A stretch of 64,000 nt of DNA, from the IMG/VR virus record IMGVR_UViG_3300032288_005579. One strand, 5' to 3'. The stretch is from a virus. Made by a program: the position numbers and the translations under genes. Below the pieces are notes generated by a model that worked only from the letters and a program-made list of their open reading frames with translations, was not told where the DNA came from and did no database searches. Within the stretch, counting starts at the first letter, position 1; each line of letters starts with the position of its first letter. Of the stretch, positions 16,923 through 25,900 are shown piece after piece.

Positions 16923-19900
16923 ATGAAGATATTCGACCCTAAATTAACAGGAAGCATAGAGTTTCAATCTCCGGTAAATTTTACTGGATCGATGCATGGT
17001 ACCGCGTCATGGGCGACTAATGTGGTAAACGGAGGGGGAGGATCACTAAGCGGAGGCGAACAAAACTACATAGCCCGTTGGGAATCTTCGAATACGCTAA
17101 CAACCAGTTCCATATACGAGGATCCTACAACACCGAGCGTCGCGATAGGCGGCGTACAAAACTTCGATCCCACAAACCCAGAAACTTTACTCGTCTCTGG
17201 ATCAGGCATCAACGTCATAAGTGGAAAAGTCGACATAGATAACTATACCCAATTAAATATCCAGAATACTTTCGCTGGAACTGCTGCTTCTTCGGACATA
17301 GTTGCCACAAACGACACTGGCGACGAGTTTGGAAATTACGTAGATCTTGGAATAAACAGTAGCCTTTATTCCGGATTTTTGGGTTCTCCCAACGAATCGT
17401 ACTTATACAATACGGGTTCTAACTTACTAATTGGAAACATAACTAGAGGAGAAAATGCGAATGTCAAACTATTTGCAGGAAACGATGCGACAGTGTTTCC
17501 GCTAATAGTAACGGGATCTCAAGTTTTGATAACAGGATCGATGTTCGGTACCTCCAGTTGGGCAGCTAGTTCGTCTGTGAACATATCTTCGTCTTACGCT
17601 TTAAGCGCATCATTCGCAGTAAGCGCATCTAATGCTCGCAGTGCGTCTTACGCAATCAGTTCCTCTAATGCGTTAAGTTCTTCTTACGCTATAAGTGCTT
17701 CAAACGCAAGTACAGCTTCTTACGTAGTCAATGCATTAACGGCGTCATTCGTAAATAACCTAAGTCAAAATCTTTCTATAACAGGATCTGTAACGATAAG
17801 TGGTTCTGCACAACAAGAACTCATAATATTGGGAGACCAACACTTAACAGGATCCTTATTCGTATCCAACTCAATAGTGCTAACTCCATCAGGAAGTTTA
17901 CTGGTGGCCTCAGGTTCTATAAGAGCGTTGTCTTTGACTGGAAGTTTGTTCGGAACTGCGTCTTTCGTATCCGGATCCGTATTCACTAGCGAAAATAGAG
18001 CGTTATCGTCTTCAAACGCAGTAAGTGCTTCTTACGCAATAAGCTCTTCTAATGCGTTAAGTTCTTCTTACGCTATAAGCGCTTCAAATTCAAGCACGGC
18101 TTCTTACGTAGTCAATGCGTTAACGTCCTCCTTCATAAACAATTTAAACCAGAACCTATCTATAACTGGATCAGTAAGAATAAGCGGTTCTGCTGCAGTA
18201 GAGCTATTCGTTTTAGGAGATCAACACGTGACGGGATCCCTATGGGTATCAAGTTCAGTAATCGTAACTCCCTCTGGAAGTATAGTGGTCGCCTCAGGCT
18301 CTATAAGGGCACTATCGATTACTGGAAGTTTATTTGGTACGGCGTCCTTCGTATCTGGTTCTGTATACACTTCTACAAACCCCGCGCTTTCCGCATCTTA
18401 CGCTTTTAGTTCTTCTTACGCGATAAGTTCCTCTTATTCTATAAGTTCGTCTTACGCAATAAGTGCTTCTTATTCCATAACATCGTCTTACGCCGTAACA
18501 TCGTCTAACTCTGTAAGTTCTTCTTACGCAATAACTTCTTCTTACGCTATAAATGCGTTTCCTTACAGCGGAAGTTCTGCGCAAATAACAGGATCTCTAT
18601 CAATAACTGGATCTCTTGCTTTATATTCTGCCTTAGATCCAGATTTATTGGGATCAAATACAGAAACAGCGTACTACTTTGTATCGAGGTCCCAATACAA
18701 TACCGCAGTTAACGACATATTCTATAGAAGCGCAGGAAATCTATGGAGCCAGGACTTTTTACAGCAAGCTGTAGATACAGGTATAATCTACGGTGGTATA
18801 GTGTCATTCACAGGTAGCGTAGAAGATACAGCGCCGTACACAACAGAAGTTAGAGTGACACCAGGCGTTGCTTTACTCATAGATCACAACGCCGAAACAG
18901 GATCGAAGGGGGAAACAGTACCCACTATAGTTAATTTTGGACCCATAACCCAATCTTTCAAAGATCAAGTTACTGGATCGCAAGTACATTATCTGTATAT
19001 AGATCAAGCGGGTACCCTTCAGTATCAAACTACCATTTTCAATACCTCGCAATATCACTCTGAATTTCCTCTGGGAGTCATATTCTCTTTGACGACTGAG
19101 AGCATATCCTCTTACGGAGATCTTAGAGTTACCGCTTACGGACAAACTCAACAATCGGGAGAATTTGTTAGAGCTTTTGGTCCTTTAAAAGTAAATGGAT
19201 TTGATATAAGTCCAATAAGCACGACTTTGAGTGCAAGCATAGCGTCAGGAAAATCTTACAGATTCGGGGGTTTTTACACACAAAACCCAGAAACCCCCTC
19301 TAGTTACAATTCTCCTGCGATTCCAACGGCGAGTTTCGTTAGGGTGTATAGAGATCCTGCAGTTTTAGGTGGATATAAAGCCCAAGTTTACGATAGCGGA
19401 CTTCCATTTAAAGGAATAGATCCCACGAAATACGACGATGGCAGTGGAACTTTACAAAGCGTAGGATCCGGCGAATTCACAATACAGCGTCTATTTCAAG
19501 GCGTTGTGAACGGCATAACATACGTTTACTACGGTCAAAACAAATATACAAGTTTAACCGCGGCTCTAAATAGCGTAACAACCGAAGATTTTTCAGAATC
19601 TCAAACTTCTATAATCACGCTTCCTTTTATAGGATACATTATAGTAGAAGGCACTGCGACGAGTTTAGCGGACACAAACACGAGTAGGATCATAAACGCT
19701 GGTCTGTTTAGAAACACCGCGGGTTCTTCAGGCGGCGGAGGTGCAGCTGTTACTAATTTGAACGATCTTGGAGACGTCGTAATAGGCGGAGCGGTTAACG
19801 GTCAAGCGCTTATATACAACACAGGAAACTGGATTAATGGAAATCCTACTTCAGCGTCTTACGCGAGTAGCGCTTCTTACGTAAATGGATCGATATTCGA

Positions 19901-21701
19901 TTCTAATAATCCTGTTCTCTCTTCTTCTTACGCTCTTACAGCGTCGTACGTAAACAGTTCTTCATACGCATACACCGCTTCTTACGTAACTGGATCGTCA
20001 TTCAATTCGACAAATTTAGCGCTATCTGCGTCTTACGCGATAACCGCGTCTTACGCTTTAAACGGAGGCGGAGGATCAGGCGTAAATGTGCAAGACGAAG
20101 GCGGCACGCCGTTCTCAGCAACGACTTTGAATTTTCAAGGCGCAGGAGTAACAGCGGCCGACGCAGGCGGAGGAACTGCAACGATAACGATATCAGGCGG
20201 ATCTGGGGAAACTTTCCCCTACACAGGTTCTGCTATCGTAAGCGGAAGCGTACGTGTAATAGAATCAGGATCTACGGGATTAGAGGTCACGGGATCTTCA
20301 AGGATTACTGGAAGTTTGATAGTGACAGGAAGCATAACAACTGACCATGGATTTACAGCGTTGTCTGTCACTGCGTCTTTCGTGTCGTCTTCTCAAATAA
20401 CAGGAAGTCTTTTTGGAAGTTCTTCTTTTGCTACAACTGCTTCTCACGCCTTAACGGCCTCTTACGTGCTTAACGCGCCCAGCTCAGATCCTTTCCCCTA
20501 TACAGGTTCTGCTGTGATAAGCGGTAGTTTGATACTCACAGGATCTTTTAGAACCCTCGCGTCTGGAACAGAGGGCGCAGCCGTATTCGGTGACGTTAAC
20601 ACATATTTAGAAGTGTTCGCGCAAAATAGAAACGCTGGAATAAGCGCTTCTACTGATATAGTCGCCTACAACGATCAAGGAAACAAGAGCCAATACTACG
20701 TCGATATGGGCATAAACGGATCTGGAATGGATCCTGCCTACACTTTTGGAAGACCCAACGACGCTTACGTGTACAATACAGGTGGAGATCTATTCATAGG
20801 AAACTCTACTGGATTTTATCAGCCTTCACTAACTTCGCAATCGCTACACCTGTTTGCCAATGCTGCAGGAATTCCAGATGTTACGCTGTCAGGCAGTAGA
20901 GTAGGCATAGAAAAATCTTCTTCGTTGAACGCCACTCTTGACGTGAACGGAAACACCATGATTAGTGGCACTCTGTTTGTGTCCGGAGCACACTACTTAG
21001 ATTTAGATGTCAAAGGAAACTCAGCGATATCAGGAACTCTTTTCCTAACCTCTTCAAATTCAACAGAGTATTTAGCACTGTGGATGAATGGGGATTCCGA
21101 AATATCTGGAACGATATACATCACTTCGTCTAGAAACAATACATCTATAGAATCCATAGGGGACATAGTGATTAGCGGAAGCATATACGCTTCAGCTTCA
21201 TTCGGTCCGGATGTTCTTAGAGCAGTAGGAAATACGAAATACACTGGATCTTTCATGATCACGAGCTCGGGAGTTTCTACAGAGAGAGAACTTGTCGTGA
21301 ATGGTGAAGCAGTTGTCACAGGATCATTAATAGTATCAGGTTCCGGTGGATTCGGAGTTTTCTCTAAGGGATTCACACTAGCTGACTTAACAAGTACGTT
21401 CACCGTTACCGGATCTTATCACGTCTGGAGAGCGCCGTTCTCTTGCTCGGTGGTCGGAATATGGGCTTTCAAATCAGGAAGCACAGATCCCCAAATAAAC
21501 GCAAGACGTAGCGGATCTGGTGCATCTTTACACTTAGCAACGAATCTAACGATCGCTAACGATAATCAATGGACTTCTGGAGGAAGCGTACAGAACACAA
21601 CTTACGCAGGCGGCGATTCTCTAGAAGTGATAATATCGGGAAGCACACAATACCAAGTGTCCGTACAGGTGGACTTCATAAAACTACAACGTAGAACATA
21701 A
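16923..21701 (+). CDS. Tail fibre protein 2 (Ser/Gly/Thr-rich, modular)
   Basis: 1592 aa with many xTGS/xSGS and SxSYA motifs, a roughly 128-aa internal duplication and modules shared with fibre 1. Confidence 0.75.
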   Translation: MKIFDPKLTGSIEFQSPVNFTGSMHGTASWATNVVNGGGGSLSGGEQNYIARWESSNTLTTSSIYEDPTTPSVAIGGVQNFDPTNPETLLVSGSGINVISGKVDIDNYTQLNIQNTFAGTAASSDIVATNDTGDEFGNYVDLGINSSLYSGFLGSPNESYLYNTGSNLLIGNITRGENANVKLFAGNDATVFPLIVTGSQVLITGSMFGTSSWAASSSVNISSSYALSASFAVSASNARSASYAISSSNALSSSYAISASNASTASYVVNALTASFVNNLSQNLSITGSVTISGSAQQELIILGDQHLTGSLFVSNSIVLTPSGSLLVASGSIRALSLTGSLFGTASFVSGSVFTSENRALSSSNAVSASYAISSSNALSSSYAISASNSSTASYVVNALTSSFINNLNQNLSITGSVRISGSAAVELFVLGDQHVTGSLWVSSSVIVTPSGSIVVASGSIRALSITGSLFGTASFVSGSVYTSTNPALSASYAFSSSYAISSSYSISSSYAISASYSITSSYAVTSSNSVSSSYAITSSYAINAFPYSGSSAQITGSLSITGSLALYSALDPDLLGSNTETAYYFVSRSQYNTAVNDIFYRSAGNLWSQDFLQQAVDTGIIYGGIVSFTGSVEDTAPYTTEVRVTPGVALLIDHNAETGSKGETVPTIVNFGPITQSFKDQVTGSQVHYLYIDQAGTLQYQTTIFNTSQYHSEFPLGVIFSLTTESISSYGDLRVTAYGQTQQSGEFVRAFGPLKVNGFDISPISTTLSASIASGKSYRFGGFYTQNPETPSSYNSPAIPTASFVRVYRDPAVLGGYKAQVYDSGLPFKGIDPTKYDDGSGTLQSVGSGEFTIQRLFQGVVNGITYVYYGQNKYTSLTAALNSVTTEDFSESQTSIITLPFIGYIIVEGTATSLADTNTSRIINAGLFRNTAGSSGGGGAAVTNLNDLGDVVIGGAVNGQALIYNTGNWINGNPTSASYASSASYVNGSIFDSNNPVLSSSYALTASYVNSSSYAYTASYVTGSSFNSTNLALSASYAITASYALNGGGGSGVNVQDEGGTPFSATTLNFQGAGVTAADAGGGTATITISGGSGETFPYTGSAIVSGSVRVIESGSTGLEVTGSSRITGSLIVTGSITTDHGFTALSVTASFVSSSQITGSLFGSSSFATTASHALTASYVLNAPSSDPFPYTGSAVISGSLILTGSFRTLASGTEGAAVFGDVNTYLEVFAQNRNAGISASTDIVAYNDQGNKSQYYVDMGINGSGMDPAYTFGRPNDAYVYNTGGDLFIGNSTGFYQPSLTSQSLHLFANAAGIPDVTLSGSRVGIEKSSSLNATLDVNGNTMISGTLFVSGAHYLDLDVKGNSAISGTLFLTSSNSTEYLALWMNGDSEISGTIYITSSRNNTSIESIGDIVISGSIYASASFGPDVLRAVGNTKYTGSFMITSSGVSTERELVVNGEAVVTGSLIVSGSGGFGVFSKGFTLADLTSTFTVTGSYHVWRAPFSCSVVGIWAFKSGSTDPQINARRSGSGASLHLATNLTIANDNQWTSGGSVQNTTYAGGDSLEVIISGSTQYQVSVQVDFIKLQRRT

Positions 21702-21713
21702 AAATAGTTTTTC

Positions 21714-22481
21714 ATGGCGTTAGTATCGCAATCATTTACTACAGTCGGCACATCCTCCTTCTACATTCCCTCAGGAGTAACTTACGTACAAGTCAGAGCT
21801 TGGGCTGGTGGAGGAGGCGGAGGTGGAAAAACTAACACCAACGGAACAGCAGGTGGAGGTGGAGGTGGAGCATTTGTTTCCGGTGCATTGAACGTTTTTC
21901 CCGGAGAAAGACTATCAATAGTTGTCGGAAGCGCAGGTACAGCAGGTCCCGCTTCGGATACTGCAGGCGGTAACGGCGGGTATTCTTACGTAACATCCTC
22001 GGCTAATTCTAGTATTTTCGTAAGAGCAGATTTTGGAGACGCTGGAGGCGGAGGTAATGCTGGAGTGGGAGGTCCCGGAGGGGCGGCATCGTTGTGCTCT
22101 ACAGGTAGTCCAAATATCAGTGGATTTGCTTTTAACGGAGGATCAGGTTCTGCTGGATCAGGCGCAACCACGGGATCAGGCGGAGGAGGCGGAGCTGGAA
22201 CTGTGAGAGCGGGCACTAGAGGCACGGGATCTTTTGGTGGAACAGGTAGCATTTTGTTCGGTGGAAACGGTGGAGTTGGAGCATCAAATGCAGCAGGTGG
22301 CGCTGCCGCTTCTACCTCGGGATCATTTAACGTATACGGTGGAGGTGGCGGAGGAGGATCTAGATCCGCCGGCGGCGGTAAAGGTGGGGGAGTAGGAAGG
22401 CAGGGTTACGTGGAAATATATTATGAAACACTTGACACTCAACCGGTATTTATACATTGGATAGACGACGAAGAGTATTGA
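21714..22481 (+). CDS. Glycine-rich fibre-tip/adhesin-like protein
   Basis: SFYIPSGVTYVQVRAWAGGGGGGG, multiple GGGGG runs and C-terminal GRQGYVEIYY. This is typical of phage Gly-rich (polyglycine II) domains. Confidence 0.7.
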   Translation: MALVSQSFTTVGTSSFYIPSGVTYVQVRAWAGGGGGGGKTNTNGTAGGGGGGAFVSGALNVFPGERLSIVVGSAGTAGPASDTAGGNGGYSYVTSSANSSIFVRADFGDAGGGGNAGVGGPGGAASLCSTGSPNISGFAFNGGSGSAGSGATTGSGGGGGAGTVRAGTRGTGSFGGTGSILFGGNGGVGASNAAGGAAASTSGSFNVYGGGGGGGSRSAGGGKGGGVGRQGYVEIYYETLDTQPVFIHWIDDEEY

Positions 22482-22524
22482 TAAAAGGTTGTTTACTTTT
22501 GGAAAGTGAAAAAAGTAAAAACGC

Positions 22525-22974
22525 ATGGCAAACGAATTCATAGCCAGGAATGGCATAATAGCAAGAAGTAATTCCGTAATAACGGGATCCCTATCGGTTA
22601 GTTCGTCTCTTTCTATAGGGGACATACAACCGTCTGCCACGATAGGCAGATTGGACGCATCAAACGACATAGTAGCTTTCAACAGCTCTGATAAAAGATT
22701 CAAAACGAACATAACTCCCATAGAGAATGCGCTTGAAAAAGTGCAGAAGATAAACGGCGTTGAATTCGATTGGATACCCGATCCGGTGAATCACGGGTAC
22801 CAGGGTCACGATGTCGGAGTGATAGCTCAAGAGATCGAGGAGGTCGTCCCAGAATTAGTAAGGACTAGGAACAGCGGTTACAAAGCCGTTAAATACGATA
22901 AGATAGTAGCACTACTAATAGAAGCGATAAAAGACCTTAAGAAAGAGATAGACGAACTGAAGAAAGGGAAGTAA
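22525..22974 (+). CDS. Peptidase S74 / intramolecular chaperone domain protein
   Basis: SSDKRFKTNI..IENALEKV..INGVEFDW, GVIAQEIEEVVPELV and VKYDKIVALLIEAIKDL, ending in a coiled coil. Confidence 0.92.
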   Translation: MANEFIARNGIIARSNSVITGSLSVSSSLSIGDIQPSATIGRLDASNDIVAFNSSDKRFKTNITPIENALEKVQKINGVEFDWIPDPVNHGYQGHDVGVIAQEIEEVVPELVRTRNSGYKAVKYDKIVALLIEAIKDLKKEIDELKKGK

Positions 22975-22976
22975 CC

Positions 22977-25900
22977 ATGCCTATACCCGCTTCAGGTCCG
23001 ATATCGATGAGTATGATGAATACGGAGCTGGGTAGGATACCCAATGCTCCTGTATCGATATTGGCCGGGGGACTGGTTCCCATAGAGGGATCTTTGTTTT
23101 GGTTGGGAGGACAGAGCGGTAGTTTAAACCAAACTGCGCCCCACTACTTCAGCGAATGGTACAATTATACTCCTAACAATTCCCCCACTCCTACACCTAC
23201 AGTATCTGTAACTGTAAGCGTTACTCCTACAGTTGGTATATCTTCTACGCCTAGTGTGAGCGTGACTCCGACAAAGAGTATCACTCCTACTATAAGCATA
23301 ACACCTACCATAAGTGTAACTTCTACGATCAGCGTTACTCCCACAATCAGCGTAACTCCAACTATAAGTGTAACTAAAACAATCACACCTACGATTAGCG
23401 TTACACAGACTACAAGCGTGACTGCTACTATAAGTTTAACTCCTACTATAAGCGTTACAAGAAGCGTTAGCATTACTCCCACGATAAGTATCACGACGAC
23501 CGTTACCCCTACAAATACTGCTACTCCTACGATAAGTGTCACTCCCACCATCAGCGTCACTCCTACTATTAGTTTGACTCCAACAATAAGCATTACTTCC
23601 ACCATCAGTGTCACTCCAACTAGAACAGCGACTGTAAGCGTAACTCCCACGATAAGTATAACTCCTACTATAAGCGTAACTAGCACAATTACTCCAACTA
23701 CTAGTGTAACTCCTACTATTAGTATAACACCTAGCATAAGTATTACGCCGACAATCAGCGTCACTCCTACTATTAGTATTACATCTACGATTAGCGCTAC
23801 AGCTGGAATAAGTCTTACTCCTACGGTAAGCATTACACCTACAATCAGTGTTACATCCACTATAACTCCTACAATAAGTACTACTCCCACTATAAGCATT
23901 ACACCTACTATTAGTATAACAAGCAGCATTACTCCCACTGTTAGTATTACACCCACCATTAGTGTTACTTCAACAATTAGCGTTACTCCTACCGTAAGTG
24001 TAACTAGAACAGTAACTCCTACGATAAGTGTTACTCCTACAATCAGTGTTACTCCTACCGTAAGTGTAACTAGTACAATAACTCCTACATTAAGCATTAC
24101 ACCTACTAATAGTATAACTCCTACTATAAGCGTAACTAGCACAATTACTCCCACTACTAGTGTAACTCCTACTATCAGCATTACTCCTACAATTAGCGTT
24201 ACATCGACGGTAACTCCCACTATTAGTGTAACACAGACTATTAGCGTAACTCCCACAATTAGTGTAACAACTACTGTTACGCCGACTATAAGTATTACTC
24301 CTACCATCAGTGTTACTTCTACAATAAGCTCAACCCCGGGAATAAGTCTCACTCCTACTGTGAGTATCACACCCACGATAAGTATAACTCCTACTATAAG
24401 CGTAACTAGCACAATTACTCCCACTACTAGTACTACGCCTACAATATCTATCACTCCAACTATAAGCATAACTTCCACTCCAACTCCTACTATTAGCGTC
24501 ACTCCCACAATTAGCATTACTCGAACCGCTAGTATAACTCCTACAATAAGCATAACCAATACGACTACTCCTACCATTAGCGTAAGTCCCACTATAAGTG
24601 TTACGCCAACTATTAGTATCACGCCTACAATAAGCATAACAAGTACCATTACGCCTACTATTAGCGTGACTAAAACAGCTACGATTACTCCAACAATCAG
24701 TATAACTCCTACTAGGACAATAACTCCAACGATAAGCGTAACTACAACGATTACTCCTACAATTAGTGTTACACAGACCGCAAGTATTACGCCTACAATA
24801 AGCGTAACTAGCACAATTACTCCTACAATTAGTGTAACGCCTAGCATGAGCATTACTTCCACAATTAGCGTTACGCCTACTATAAGTGTAACTAGAACAG
24901 TTACTCCCACGATCAGCATCACTCCAACTATAAGTGTTAGTCCAACGATAAGTGTAACAAGCACCGTTACGCCTACAATTAGTGTTACGCCGACTATAAG
25001 CGTTACTCCCACTATTAGTGTCACTTCCACAATAAGCGCAACTCCTGGAATAAGTACAACACCTACTGTCAGCATTACACCCACTATTAGTGTAACCGCG
25101 AGCATTACTCCAACTATCAGTATAACTCCAACTATTAGCATTACACCAACAATCAGCGTCACTCAAACGGTTAGTGTTACACCCACTATTAGTATTACTC
25201 AAACTGCTAGCATTACACCAACCACTAGTATAACTCCTACAATAAGTGTGACTAGTAGCGTTACTCCTACTATAAGCGTTAGTGCTACGGCGAGTGTTAC
25301 TCCTACTATAAGTGTAACTAATACAATAACACCAACAATCAGTATCACTCCGACTATATCAATCACTCCTACCATAAGTCTTACCCCCACAATCAGCGTT
25401 ACTAGATCTGTTACGCCTACTATAAGCGTCACTCCCACCATCAGCATTACACCGACTATAAGCATCACGCCTACTATAAGTGTAACTAGTACAATTACGC
25501 CTACCATAAGTGTAACTAGAACCGCAACTCCTACAATAAGTGTTACTCCTACCATAAGCGTAACACCTACCATAAGTGTAACTAGAACCGCAACTCCTAC
25601 AATAAGTGTTACTCCTACAATCAGCATCACTTCTACTATAACGGCTACTACCAGTGTTACACCCACAATTAGTATTACACCTACTATAAGTGTAACTAAA
25701 ACTGTAACTCCTACAATTAGTATTACTCCTACTATAAGTGTAACACCGACTATAAGTGTCACATCAACAGTTACCCCTACTATAAGCGCTACTCCTACGA
25801 TTAGTATCACTCCGACTATATCAATCACTCCTACCACAAGTATCACTCCGACCATTAGTATTACCCCCACAATCAGTGTTACCAGAACAGCAACTATTAC

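Noticed and set aside
22447-22454. TATTTATA inside the 3' ends of coding sequences (also 51142-51149)
   Set aside because: These lie within codons, lack the usual preceding A and are 60-70 nt from the next start, so they were not counted as promoters. They remain possible.
22492-22519. TTTACTTTT/AAAAGTAAA inverted repeat as a terminator
   Set aside because: The stem is almost all A/T, has a 10-nt loop and no following U-tract.
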